Assembly (NCBI GenBank): GCA_035629655.1
Contig: DASPHN010000010.1
Span: 1-39,453 of the forward strand
Reading direction: 5' to 3'
DNA from: Candidatus Saccharimonadales bacterium
Lineage (GTDB): Bacteria; Chloroflexota; Limnocylindria; Limnocylindrales; CSP1-4
Length of the DNA stretch: 39,453 bases
The notes beneath the pieces were generated by a model. The model was not told the DNA's origin, ran no database searches, and worked only from the letters and a program-made list of their open reading frames with translations. Each line of letters starts with the position of its first letter. The stretch's first letter is position 1. Both the position numbers and the translations under genes were made by a program. Of this stretch, positions 15,523 through 25,162 are shown piece after piece.

Positions 15523-16410
15523 CTACGCCGGCGCGGGGGTCGGCCCGGGCGCCTCGACTCGGGCCGGTCGCGTCGCGAGCACCGAACCGGCGATCACGAG
15601 GACGAACCCGATGGCCATCGGGACGGTGAACGTCTCGTCGAGCACCAACACGCCGAGCACGGCCGCCACCGCGGGATTGATATAGGTGATCACCGTGGAC
15701 CGGACCGGCCCGACGGCATCGATCAGGGCGCCGAACAGGATGAACGCAGCCGCGGTGCAGACCGTCGCCAGCACGACGACCGCGATCAGCGCCTCCGCGG
15801 AGGGAGTGGTCGCCGGCCACTGGCTCGCCCCGATCGGGGCGAAGACGATCGCGACCAGGGTCAGCGACACGGCCATGACGCCGACCGTCGGGAGCCCATC
15901 GAGGCGACGCGCGAGGATGGCCGGCCCGAGGGCATAGCCCACCACCACGACCCCGATCTGGAGCAAGGCCGTCGGGTCCGTCGCGCCGAAGTCGGAGCCC
16001 ACGATGGCGACCACGCCGGCCAGGCCGATGAGCATGCCGAGCAGGCTCGCCGGACCGAACCGGTCGGCGCCACCCGTCAGCAGCGCGATCGCCGCGCCGA
16101 CGAGCGGCACGCCCGCGATCAGGAGACCGGCGAGCGAGCTCGAGATGTGCTGTTCGGCCGACCCGAGCGCGACCCACGGGATGGCGATCTCGATCGCGGC
16201 GAACGCCACGACCCAGCGCCACCGGGCCAACACTGGGCGCAGATCGGTGCGGAGCAACGCGATCGGCAGCAGGATCGCGGCGGCGATGGCCGTTCGCCCG
16301 AGCACGAGGGTGGCGGGCGTGATCTCTTCCACCGCGATACGGATGAAGAGATACGGGATCCCCCAGATGACGGACATCAGGGCGAACAGGACGAGCGCGC
16401 GGCGGCTCAC
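15523..16410 (-). CDS. EamA/DMT family transporter
   Basis: N-terminus LVLFALMSVIWGIPYLFIRIAVEE, ten hydrophobic segments and two EamA-like halves. GTG start at 16408-16410. Confidence 0.85.
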   Translation of the reverse strand: MSRRALVLFALMSVIWGIPYLFIRIAVEEITPATLVLGRTAIAAAILLPIALLRTDLRPVLARWRWVVAFAAIEIAIPWVALGSAEQHISSSLAGLLIAGVPLVGAAIALLTGGADRFGPASLLGMLIGLAGVVAIVGSDFGATDPTALLQIGVVVVGYALGPAILARRLDGLPTVGVMAVSLTLVAIVFAPIGASQWPATTPSAEALIAVVVLATVCTAAAFILFGALIDAVGPVRSTVITYINPAVAAVLGVLVLDETFTVPMAIGFVLVIAGSVLATRPARVEAPGPTPAPA

Positions 16411-16509
16411 GCGGGCAGGACCAGGGGCATGCCCGGAGTGTAGGCTCGGGCCAGAAACGCCGTGACGCCGGCGGCGACCACCCGGCCAGAGACGACCCGG
16501 AGCGTGTCG

Positions 16510-17145
16510 ATGTCCAGATCCGTGCTGGCGGGGATGCTCGTGGCGACGATCACGGTGGCGGCGTGTGCCGGCCCATCCGTCGCACCGTCAGCGCAGCGCG
16601 ATGGCTCGCCCGTCGTCGGTTCGCCTCCGCCGACGTCGGCGACGCCATCCGCATCTGCCGCGGTCCCTGGCGACGTCACGACCGGTGAGCGCGTTCTCCT
16701 CGACGGCGTTCGGCGCGAGGGACTCGCGTGCGAGCCGGCCGCCGGCATCGGCGGCGCCCCAGGGGTCCCCACCGCGGTCATCGAGTGCGTCGCGGCGGAC
16801 CCCGCGGCCGCCATCGTGACGTTTTCGCTGTTCGAGGACGATGCGCAGCTCCTGGACGCATACGTCGCCGAGATGGGTGCCTGGGACGTGGCCCTGGACT
16901 CGGGCTCGTGCCAGGACGGTGCCCGCGAGACCGCCTACGCACCGGCGGAAGGGACCTCGCCGTATCGCCATGGATGCTTCCTGGATGGCGATGGCGTCGC
17001 GAACTATCTGGCGACGCTGCCCGGTCCTCACGTCCTCATCGGCATCCGCGGCCGGTCGACAGACACCGAAGCGCTCGCGGACTACGCGTGGCTGGGGAAC
17101 GAGGACGCCCCGGGCAACCCGACGCTGTGGGCCGATCCGCGCTGA
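16510..17145 (+). CDS. hypothetical secreted lipoprotein
   Basis: MSRSVLAGMLVATITVAAC has a signal peptide and lipobox, followed by a Pro/Ser-rich linker and a Cys-containing domain. GGAG lies 7 nt upstream of ATG 16510. Confidence 0.6.
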   Translation: MSRSVLAGMLVATITVAACAGPSVAPSAQRDGSPVVGSPPPTSATPSASAAVPGDVTTGERVLLDGVRREGLACEPAAGIGGAPGVPTAVIECVAADPAAAIVTFSLFEDDAQLLDAYVAEMGAWDVALDSGSCQDGARETAYAPAEGTSPYRHGCFLDGDGVANYLATLPGPHVLIGIRGRSTDTEALADYAWLGNEDAPGNPTLWADPR

Positions 17146-17172
17146 GACCGTGCCGCCGTCCGCCGGACAGGG

Positions 17173-17202
17173 GACGACCCGCGGCGGATGCCGCGGGTCG
17201 TC
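17173..17202. terminator. GC-rich hairpin between convergent genes (bidirectional terminator candidate)
   Basis: GACGACCCGCGGC-GGAT-GCCGCGGGTCGTC is a perfect 13-bp stem with a 4-nt loop, followed by GTTGCGTG. It lies between the lipoprotein stop (17145) and the stop of the - strand miniprotein (17221). Confidence 0.6.
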
Positions 17203-17220
17203 GTTGCGTGTCGGGGCAGG

Positions 17221-17523
17221 TCAGGAGTTCGGGTACATCGCCCGGTAGCGGACCTCCCATTCCTTGGCCGCCTGGAGGACGACCTTGTCATGGGGCGAGA
17301 TGTAGCCGGCCCCCTGCTGGGCACGGTAGCGTCGCTCCCAGTCCGCGCCGTAGGCGGCCCACTTGGCCTGCTCGGCCGACGTGGCCCGGGCTGCGTCGTC
17401 GACGATGGTCTGGACCCGGGCACCGACGAGGCCCCCGATGCCCACGAGCATCGCTGCGGCCAGCGTCACGCCGGCCAGGTTGAAGGCGGGGTTCCGCCGC
17501 TGGGTCTGAGTGAGCTGTGTCAT
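17221..17523 (-). CDS. hypothetical N-terminally membrane-anchored small protein (100 aa)
   Basis: MTQLTQTQRRNPAFNLAGVTLAAAMLVGIGGLVGA is followed by a charged helical domain (WAAYGADWERRYRAQQ...AAKEWEVRYRAMY). GGAG lies 11 nt upstream of the ATG. The gene is 136 nt downstream of the LAL regulator on the same strand. Confidence 0.55.
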   Translation of the reverse strand: MTQLTQTQRRNPAFNLAGVTLAAAMLVGIGGLVGARVQTIVDDAARATSAEQAKWAAYGADWERRYRAQQGAGYISPHDKVVLQAAKEWEVRYRAMYPNS

Positions 17524-17659
17524 CTGAAAGGACTCCGATCATGTGGTGCGCGCCTCTCTGGTCGTGCGGCACCTGATGACCTCATCCTCGGTCCCTGGCG
17601 GCCCTGCCGAAATCACGGGAATCCCTATGTTCGGCGGCCATGCACCCCACCGCAGCGCC

Positions 17660-20464
17660 TCAGCCCTCGGCGGGGCTCCCCGGCGAGATCGCATCGAGAT
17701 CGGCTCGGGCGAGCTCCGTCCGCGACTGCACGCCGACCGTGCGGAAGATGCGAGTGAGATGGGCCTCGACGGTGTGGACGCTCATGAACAGCGCGTCCGC
17801 GATCTCCCGGTTGGTCTCGCCGGCCGCGGCCAGCTCGGCGACGCGCCGCTCCGTGTCGGTGAGCGGCGAGCCGGGCGGTCGGCGACTCGCGACGCGGGCC
17901 AGCTCCGCCTCCGCGCGATCCGCCCAGACCGTGGCACCGAGCTCGGTGAACATCCGGTATGCCGTCTGGAACGCCGCCCGCGAGGCGCCCTTCTGTCGGG
18001 CGCGCCGGCGGACGTCGCCCAGCGCGAACCACGCCCTGGCCGCGCGGAAGGGCAACTGCAGCCCGGCATGGAGCTCGACCGCCTCCTCCGCGGCACGGAC
18101 GGCCGCGTCGTGGTCGCCATCAGCTGCCAGGACGAGGGCGCGAACACGCAGCGCCTCGGCGAGCGCGGCGGCCGGGCCACGCCGGCGGGCCCGTCGTTCC
18201 AGCCGCTCGATGCCGGGCCGAGCCGCATCGATGGATCCGAGCGCGATCATGGCCTCGCCGTCGAGCGCGACCGTCGTCTCCCAGCGGATGGGGAGGAGGC
18301 GACCGAGACCCGGCTCTGCCAGGACGGGGGCCAGGCGGTCGCGCGCCTCCGTCGGGTCACCGAGCGACAGGTCGAGCATCGCGAGCGCCATCGAGGGTGC
18401 CGTCCGGACCTTCGGTTGTTGCGAGGCCAGGGCATCCGGCTCGATGGCGGCCCCGAGCGCCCGTGCCGTCTCCACGTCACCCCGAAGGGCGGCGAGATCG
18501 AGTCGGAGCATCAGGAGGTCCTGGTAGAAGGCGCCCTCTCCGGTCTGGAGCAGACCGGCCTGTGCCTCGTCCGCGATCCGCTCGGCTCGGTCCCAGTCAC
18601 CCGCATCCAGCTCGATCCCGGCCAGGGAGACCAGGAGCCGCGGCACGCTGGTGTAGTCCCCACCGGACCGGGCGCTCTCGATCAGCCGCGCCAGCCGCCG
18701 ACGCCCCTCGTCCACGCGCCCTTCGCGGGCGAGGAGCCGGGCGAACTGCAGGTCTGGGTGCTCGAGCGCCGGAACGGCCGTCGTGGGCACGCCAAGCGCG
18801 TCAGCGCGCTCGATCAGGTCGTGCCATGGACGACCCAGACCGAACCGCCAGGAGGCCGCGTGACCCAGCATCTGGAGCTCGAGCGGCGCGTCGCCGAGCT
18901 CGTGTGACAGCCGAAGCGCCTCCCACATGTCCAGCCGTGCAGGCCGCCAACCGCGACCGGACAGGTAGCCGACGCCCGCGAGCAGCGCATGGATCGTCAC
19001 GCGGCGACGGGGATCCCCGACGGTCAGCGGCATCGCCGCTCGAAGGAAGGCCGATGCGGACTTCAGGTCCGTGAGGTACAGGGCGACCCGCGCTCGACGG
19101 GTGAGGACATCCGCCAGGAGCGGTCCGGGTCGGAGGTCAGCGGCGATCGATCCGAGCAACGCCTCGAGACGGCGAAGGTCACCGGAGGCCAGGAGGTAGT
19201 CGGCCGCCGCCAGGCGACGGCGGTGCCGATCGTCCTCCGCGTCAGGCATGGTGAGCCGGGCAGCCTCCTCGGCCAGGTCGGCAGCCACGTGCGAGGCGCC
19301 ACGACGGGCGGCGATCGCGGCGCCCTGCTCGAGCGCCGCCGCGATGGCCGGATCGGGACCGACCGCCGTCCGCGCGAGGTGACGGGCGTGCTCCTCGGGT
19401 TCGGTGACGACGTCGGCGAGACGCTCGTGGACGTGTCGTCGTCGGACGGGTGTGGCCCGGTCATAGGCCGCTGCGGCAAGGAGTGGATGGTCGAAACGGA
19501 GGGCGTCGCCGTCCACTTTGAGGACACCCGCCGCCACCGCTGCATCGACACCCGCCCCCGTGCGTTCCGCCCCGATCGCCTCCGTCAGGATCTGCACGGT
19601 CGGATGCGACAGGGCCGCCACGAACAGGGCGACCTCGTCCGCGGGCGGTGCCAGGGCAGACACCCGGTCGCCGGCCAGCCGATCGAGGCTGCGTGGCACC
19701 TCGAGCGCGTCCGGTGTGGCCCAGGTCCCGCGCGCCTGCAGCCCACGCCCGAGCTCGATCGCGTAGAAGGGCGTCCCGCCGGCGACCTCATGGAGTCGGG
19801 CGAGGACGGGTCGCGAAAGCCGCAGGCCCAGACGCTCGCGAAGGAGGGCGCCGGTCGCATCCATCGAGAGCGGCCCGATGTCGAGGCCGGCGACATGAGC
19901 CTCGGGCATCGTCGCGATCCAGCTCGGCGGCGGATCGTCGGCCGTCGTCGAGCGGCGAGCGAGCAGGAAGCCGACCCGGTCCTCGTCGAGTCGTCGGATC
20001 GCGAACTCGAGCGCACGGATCGAAGCGTCGTCCAGCCAGGGGACATCGTCGATGGCTACGAGGAGGGGCGTCTCGGACGCTGCGGACCGAAGGACGTGGA
20101 GCGTGGCCAGCGAGACACCGAGCGGATGCGGCGGCGTCGGCGACCAGGCGCGGAGCAGCGCCGCGTCGAGTGCATCCCGCTGGGGCTCCGGAAGGTCGGC
20201 GACCGGTGCCTCGAGGAGCGGGCCGAGCAGGTCGCCAAGGGCAGCGAAGGCCAACCCGGTCTCGACCTCTGTCGGCTGGGCCGTGACGACCCGGAAACCA
20301 CGGCCCCTGGCGGCGGCGACCCCGGCGTTCCAGAGCGTGGTCTTGCCGATCCCGGCCTGGCCGGACAGCAGCAGCACTCGCGCAGACCCACCCTCGACGT
20401 CGTCGAGGAAGTGCTCGACCTCGTCGAGTTCGGTCCGACGTCCCAGGACCGGGGCGATCGCCAT
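17660..20464 (-). CDS. LAL-family regulator: N-terminal AAA/STAND-like ATPase, TPR-like helical repeats and a C-terminal LuxR/GerE HTH
   Basis: Walker A LLLSGQAGIGKTTL and Walker B LLVAIDDVPWLDDAS, a roughly 600-aa helical repeat region, and the C-terminal LTDTERRVAELAAAGETNREIADALFMSVHTVEAHLTRIFRTVGV (934 aa). Confidence 0.9.
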   Translation of the reverse strand: MAIAPVLGRRTELDEVEHFLDDVEGGSARVLLLSGQAGIGKTTLWNAGVAAARGRGFRVVTAQPTEVETGLAFAALGDLLGPLLEAPVADLPEPQRDALDAALLRAWSPTPPHPLGVSLATLHVLRSAASETPLLVAIDDVPWLDDASIRALEFAIRRLDEDRVGFLLARRSTTADDPPPSWIATMPEAHVAGLDIGPLSMDATGALLRERLGLRLSRPVLARLHEVAGGTPFYAIELGRGLQARGTWATPDALEVPRSLDRLAGDRVSALAPPADEVALFVAALSHPTVQILTEAIGAERTGAGVDAAVAAGVLKVDGDALRFDHPLLAAAAYDRATPVRRRHVHERLADVVTEPEEHARHLARTAVGPDPAIAAALEQGAAIAARRGASHVAADLAEEAARLTMPDAEDDRHRRRLAAADYLLASGDLRRLEALLGSIAADLRPGPLLADVLTRRARVALYLTDLKSASAFLRAAMPLTVGDPRRRVTIHALLAGVGYLSGRGWRPARLDMWEALRLSHELGDAPLELQMLGHAASWRFGLGRPWHDLIERADALGVPTTAVPALEHPDLQFARLLAREGRVDEGRRRLARLIESARSGGDYTSVPRLLVSLAGIELDAGDWDRAERIADEAQAGLLQTGEGAFYQDLLMLRLDLAALRGDVETARALGAAIEPDALASQQPKVRTAPSMALAMLDLSLGDPTEARDRLAPVLAEPGLGRLLPIRWETTVALDGEAMIALGSIDAARPGIERLERRARRRGPAAALAEALRVRALVLAADGDHDAAVRAAEEAVELHAGLQLPFRAARAWFALGDVRRRARQKGASRAAFQTAYRMFTELGATVWADRAEAELARVASRRPPGSPLTDTERRVAELAAAGETNREIADALFMSVHTVEAHLTRIFRTVGVQSRTELARADLDAISPGSPAEG

Positions 20465-20473
20465 GTCAGACGG

Positions 20474-20980
20474 TCAGTCAGGTCGCCAGGGATCGATCTG
20501 GGGCAGACCGTGGATCCCGAGGGTCTGCGAGAGCTCGCCGCAGTGGTACGCCTCGTGGGTCAGGAGGCGTTGCAGGATCGAGGCCCGGGAATGGACCTGG
20601 CGCTCATCGCCGTATCGGCGCTCGACGGTCTCATCGAGCATCTCGGGCGTCCATCGATCGAGGCAGCCGTCCACGATCGACCAGGTCGTCTGGAGGGCGG
20701 TGACCAGCTCGGCGGCCGTCCGCGGGTGGTCGAGGTGGTCCTCCCATCCGTCGCCGTCCGCGCGCGGCCACGGGGTGGTGTCCGCACCTGGCTCGCCCAG
20801 CACACCGCACAACCAGTAGACGCGGACGCCAGCGGTGTGGCCCACGGTGGCCCAGATCGGCATCAGGTCGGGAGCCGGCCGGATCGCGAGCTGCGCATCG
20901 GTCATGGTCCCGATCACCTCGCGGAGTCGGCGGTCGTACTGTGGCCAACGGTCGTAGAAGCGACGGATGGACATGCGCAC
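20474..20980 (-). CDS. DinB family protein
   Basis: Four-helix-bundle pattern with IWATVGHTAG and THEAYHCGELSQTLG (His triad typical of DinB/DinB_2). It ends 9 nt upstream of the LAL start codon. Confidence 0.75.
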   Translation of the reverse strand: MRMSIRRFYDRWPQYDRRLREVIGTMTDAQLAIRPAPDLMPIWATVGHTAGVRVYWLCGVLGEPGADTTPWPRADGDGWEDHLDHPRTAAELVTALQTTWSIVDGCLDRWTPEMLDETVERRYGDERQVHSRASILQRLLTHEAYHCGELSQTLGIHGLPQIDPWRPD

Positions 20981-21115
20981 GAGTCTAGTGCGGTCCGGGA
21001 GCGATAGGGCAGCTTCCTCGATGCACCAGTAATCCGTGGGCGGTGCGTGGACGCACCCTCGACCGGGACTTCCGGGCTATATTGCCGGCAGGACCCCAGT
21101 CCCCGAGGTACGGAC

Positions 21116-23038
21116 GTGTCACTCATCCAGCGGATGGAACGGGCGCAGCAGGCCAAGTCAGCGGAGGCGGCCGCCGCGGCAGACGGTCACGCTCCCTCGC
21201 TGAACGGCGGGGCGCCGGCAGCCGCCAAGGCCGAGCCGACAGCAGAGGCAGTGGCCGCGGCGATCAGCGCGGCAGCAGTCAGCGATCGCCCGCCGGTCGC
21301 GGTCCCGGTCCTGCGCCCTGGCGCCGGCCACCTGCAGGCCGCGCCCACCCCCGTTCGCGGGGACATGATCCTCGAGCTCCGCCTCCGCCTGCAGCAGGAG
21401 ATCGTGGGCGCGTTCAAGACGCTGCTCGACGCCAAGGACGACGAGGTTCGCGGCCGCATCGAGCCCCTGGTCGACAGCGCGATCGCCTCGGGCGGATTCG
21501 CGGTCACGCGCGAGGAGCGTGCGAGGCTCATCGACGAGATGGTCCACGAGGTGACCGGCTTCGGACCGCTCGAGCCACTGCTCTCGGATCCGTCCATCAC
21601 CGAGGTCATGGTCAACGGACCGAACCACATCTACGTCGAGCGCAAGGGCAAGATCCAGCGGGTCGATTCGGTCTTCCTGAACGATCTGCACGTCCTGCGC
21701 GTCATCGAGCGGATCATCACCCCGCTCGGCCGGCGGATCGACGAGTCGAGCCCCCGCGTCGATGCGCGCCTGCCCGACGGCTCGCGCGTGAACGCGATCA
21801 TCGCGCCGCTCTCGCTCATCGGCCCCGTCATCACCGTCCGCAAGTTCTCGCAGACGCCGTACACGGTCAAGGACCTCATCGGCTTCGGGACGGCGACGCC
21901 CGAGATGTTCGAGTTCCTGCGCGCCTGCATCGAGGCGCGACTCAACCTCTTCGTCTCGGGTGGCACGGGCTCGGGCAAGACGACGACGCTCAACGTCCTG
22001 TCGTCGTTCATCCCCGAGGAGGAGCGGATCGTCACGATCGAGGACGCGGCCGAGCTTCAGCTCAATCAGGACCACGTCATCACGCTCGAGGCACGGCCGC
22101 CGAACCTGGAGGGCGAGGGCGAGATCACGATCCGGAATCTGTTGCGCAACGCGATGCACATGCGTCCCGACCGGATCATCGTCGGCGAGTGTCGTGCGGG
22201 CGAGGCGCTCGACATGCTCCAGGCGATGACGACCGGCCACGATGGCTCGCTCTCGACCGGACACGCCAACACCCCGAAGGACATGCTTCGGCGTCTCGAG
22301 ACCATGGTCCTGATGACCGGCTACCGGATGCCCCTGCGTGCGATCCGGGAGCAGATCTCGTCGGCGGTCGATGTCATCGTCCACACGGCTCGACTCAAGG
22401 ACGGCCAGCGCAAGATCGTCAACATCACCGAGGTCTACGGGATCGAGGACGACGAGATCCTCACCCAGGACATCTTCGCGTTCGTCCAGACCGGATTCAA
22501 GGACGGCAAGATCGAGGGGTCGCTCCAGCCGACCGGGGTCCGGCCGACGTTCATGAGCCAGTTCCAGCGGGCTGGCGTCGAGCTACCGCCCGACCAGTAC
22601 GGGATCCCGCCCGAGGATCCGGAGAAGCCGGACAAGCCGCTCAAGAGCCGATTCGGGGCCAAGACCTCGTCGAAGATCGAGCTCGCCGCCGTGCCGGTCG
22701 GCGATGGCCGGACGGTCGTGGCCGGTGGGATGGTCTACATCTCGTCCATCGGCCCGGTCGATCCCGAGACGGGCGCCGTGATCGGCGGGACGATCAAGGA
22801 CCAGACCCGCCAGGCGATGTCGAGCCTGCGCGAACGGCTCGAACGAGCCGGGAGCTCGCTCGACAATGTCGTCTGGGCCAACTGGTCGCTGCGCGACGCG
22901 GCGGACTTCGATGAGTTCAACGAGGAGTGGAACCGCTGGTTCCCCGGCGACCCGCCGATGGGCCAATGCACGATCATGCCGCCCCTGCAGCGTCGGGCCG
23001 GTTTCGGCATCTCCCTCGGGGTGATCGCGACCGTCTAG
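21116..23038 (+). CDS. CpaF/TadA-type (type II/IV secretion family) ATPase fused to a C-terminal RidA/YjgF/L-PSP-like domain
   Basis: CpaF core: [33 protein letters not shown], Walker [62 protein letters not shown]. RidA-like tail (22676-23035): [61 protein letters not shown] 21116 is preceded by GAGG 7 nt upstream. The ORF is a single uninterrupted frame. Confidence 0.85.
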   Translation: MSLIQRMERAQQAKSAEAAAAADGHAPSLNGGAPAAAKAEPTAEAVAAAISAAAVSDRPPVAVPVLRPGAGHLQAAPTPVRGDMILELRLRLQQEIVGAFKTLLDAKDDEVRGRIEPLVDSAIASGGFAVTREERARLIDEMVHEVTGFGPLEPLLSDPSITEVMVNGPNHIYVERKGKIQRVDSVFLNDLHVLRVIERIITPLGRRIDESSPRVDARLPDGSRVNAIIAPLSLIGPVITVRKFSQTPYTVKDLIGFGTATPEMFEFLRACIEARLNLFVSGGTGSGKTTTLNVLSSFIPEEERIVTIEDAAELQLNQDHVITLEARPPNLEGEGEITIRNLLRNAMHMRPDRIIVGECRAGEALDMLQAMTTGHDGSLSTGHANTPKDMLRRLETMVLMTGYRMPLRAIREQISSAVDVIVHTARLKDGQRKIVNITEVYGIEDDEILTQDIFAFVQTGFKDGKIEGSLQPTGVRPTFMSQFQRAGVELPPDQYGIPPEDPEKPDKPLKSRFGAKTSSKIELAAVPVGDGRTVVAGGMVYISSIGPVDPETGAVIGGTIKDQTRQAMSSLRERLERAGSSLDNVVWANWSLRDAADFDEFNEEWNRWFPGDPPMGQCTIMPPLQRRAGFGISLGVIATV

Positions 23039-23044
23039 GTACGA

Positions 23045-23635
23045 TCAGCGGCTGTCGAGCGCCTCGGAGTCCTCGGGACCGAACGCGACGCCCGTCCGCT
23101 GCCAATCGGCGTAGGCCGCCACCAGGCCATCGTCATCGACCGTCAGCTCGGCCGAGAAGCCACCGCTCGAGAAGCGGTACGTGTATTCGTCGAGACGGCT
23201 GTAGGTCTGAGCGACCTTCACGACCTCGAGCTCGGGGAACCTGACGAGCGCGACCTGGATCGTCGACGAGGCGCCGACGGCCAGCCGCAGGCGCCGGATC
23301 GGCAGCGTGTTCGTGGACGGGCTGCAGCCCAGATCGATATCGGAGCAGCCCTTGAGCTTCTTCGCCGGCGAACCATCCACCGTCCAGGCACCCTTCGCCG
23401 AGCGCTCGGCGGTGAGGACCCGCTGGTCGAAGCCGCGCAGGTCCCGGACATGGACCGCGGTGGTCACACCCGCGCCGTCAGCCAGGACACGGTATTCGTC
23501 GCGGACGGGTACGCCGCCCTCGGATCCGAGCACCGTCCCGATGAGCGACAGGCCGCTATCACGGACGGCAAGCGTGCAGTGCTCGTCCGCCAGGACCTCG
23601 TCCGATCGCCGCCAGGCCACGCGCCGCGTCGTCAC
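23045..23635 (-). CDS. putative glycolipid-binding domain protein (PF06475-like)
   Basis: CSDIDLGCSPSTNTLPIRRLRL and the overall length (196 aa) match my recollection of this family's D(V/I)DLGxxPxTNTLPIRRL signature. Confidence 0.65.
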   Translation of the reverse strand: MTTRRVAWRRSDEVLADEHCTLAVRDSGLSLIGTVLGSEGGVPVRDEYRVLADGAGVTTAVHVRDLRGFDQRVLTAERSAKGAWTVDGSPAKKLKGCSDIDLGCSPSTNTLPIRRLRLAVGASSTIQVALVRFPELEVVKVAQTYSRLDEYTYRFSSGGFSAELTVDDDGLVAAYADWQRTGVAFGPEDSEALDSR

Positions 23636-23664
23636 CCGGCCAGTCTAGGGGAGGGGACCGAGCG

Positions 23665-25053
23665 TCAGGGGCTCCAGAACGCGACGAGGCCGTCCATGCT
23701 GGCCAGCACCTCGCCCTCGGGCGTCATCGCGAGGACCCGGGCGCCGTCCTCGTTGAGGACGGGGATGAGGAACGAGGAGCTGTCGGGCGCCCACAGCCGA
23801 TGACTGAGCGCGTATTGGTCGAAGTACGTGATCACCTGTTCGATGAACACCTGCGAGGGCTGGATCACGGGGTCGGCCAGGATGTCGCCGCTCGCGACGT
23901 CGACGAAGACCAGCCGCACTTCCGGAGCGCCGTCGACGGTCTCGACCCTGATCGCCGCGATCATGGTTCCGTCGGGCGACCACCAGAAGCTCACGACCGA
24001 GCCGTCCAGCAGCACCCGCGGTGTGTCCGTGCCGGGGTCCAGCAGCCGGATGGGACCGAGCGTGACCCCGACGACGTCGGTGGGCTCGGTCGCCCCCACG
24101 GCCGCCAGCGTGGTGCCGCTGGGGTCGAAAGCCATCGCCGCGGCACCGATCACGGGCATCGACCCGACGTCCTCGCCGCCACGCTCCAGGAGGACGATCG
24201 ACCCGGGGCCGGTCGACCCGTCGGCGGCCGTCGCCCCCGCTCGGACGACCGCTTCGTACATGCCATCGGCGCTGATCGCCGGCGAGCGGAACACACCTGC
24301 GGCCCCGAGGGTGCCCTCGGGTCCCTCGCCGTCGAGCCCGATCTCGCCGAGGAACGCCTCGGGGCCGGTCCCGATGTGGGCGATCAGGCGGTCCGACCCG
24401 ACCCAGCCGTAGTAGAACGGGTTGCCCTGCCGGACGATGCTGCCCGGCCCCGACCCATCGAGCGGCGCACTCCCGTCCGACGGCGCCAGGCGGAGAGTCA
24501 GGGCCTCGCCCGCCTGTGCCAGGAAGGACACGGCCTCCGAGTCGGGACGCCATGACAGGTAGAACGGCACGACCGTCGCGCTCTGGAAGACGACCGTGTG
24601 CGACGCGGGGGCGAGCGCCTGCAGGGTCGGATCGATGACCACGATCTCACGGCCCTCCTGGACGTCGCGCGTGAGCGCGACATGCGCCCCGTCCGGCGAC
24701 CAGGCCGGGAAGCCGAGCGAGGCGATCCCGGCGGTCGACGCGAAGACCGTCTCGCCCGAGGCATCGATCAAGGACAGCGTGTCGCTCCCGCGGCTCAGGA
24801 GGGCGACCGTCCCCTCCGACGCAAGCCGACCGACCGGTGCGAGCGTGGAGGATGGCGCCGGGGCGCTGCTCGCGGTCGGGGCGCTCGGGGTCGCGCTCGC
24901 GCCGACACTCGGGGAAGGAAGGAGTGGACCGAGCGTCCGGAAGGCCTCGACGGCCGAGGGCGCTGGCGCCGGGGCGCATCCCACCGCGATCACGACCGCG
25001 GCGGCGATGACGGCGACGACCGACGATCGAGCGCGCGCTGCCGTGGTCGCCAT
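23665..25053 (-). CDS. PD40/TolB-like beta-propeller lipoprotein
   Basis: Start at ATG 25051-25053: MATTAARARSSVVAVIAAAVVIAVGC (lipobox). Repeated WSPDG-type blades follow (FPAWSPDGAHVALT, YLSWRPDSEAVSF, FWWSPDGTMIAAI, LWAPDSSSFLI). The track start at 25284 adds an implausible extension. Confidence 0.75.
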   Translation of the reverse strand: MATTAARARSSVVAVIAAAVVIAVGCAPAPAPSAVEAFRTLGPLLPSPSVGASATPSAPTASSAPAPSSTLAPVGRLASEGTVALLSRGSDTLSLIDASGETVFASTAGIASLGFPAWSPDGAHVALTRDVQEGREIVVIDPTLQALAPASHTVVFQSATVVPFYLSWRPDSEAVSFLAQAGEALTLRLAPSDGSAPLDGSGPGSIVRQGNPFYYGWVGSDRLIAHIGTGPEAFLGEIGLDGEGPEGTLGAAGVFRSPAISADGMYEAVVRAGATAADGSTGPGSIVLLERGGEDVGSMPVIGAAAMAFDPSGTTLAAVGATEPTDVVGVTLGPIRLLDPGTDTPRVLLDGSVVSFWWSPDGTMIAAIRVETVDGAPEVRLVFVDVASGDILADPVIQPSQVFIEQVITYFDQYALSHRLWAPDSSSFLIPVLNEDGARVLAMTPEGEVLASMDGLVAFWSP

Positions 25054-25162
25054 CACGACACGATACGCGCACCACGGGGAGACGGATGCGCGGCGACCGG
25101 GTTCCATCGGGAGCCCGAAGGACGTACGCTCCGGACTCGACCGAACGCAGGAGGAACGATCC

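Noticed and set aside
17543-21007. Long + strand ORFs (17543-18907, 17640-18527, 18989-21007) over the LAL regulator and dinB
   Set aside because: They lie opposite a 934-aa regulator with Walker A/B and a LuxR HTH. The ORFs are low-complexity with no start context.
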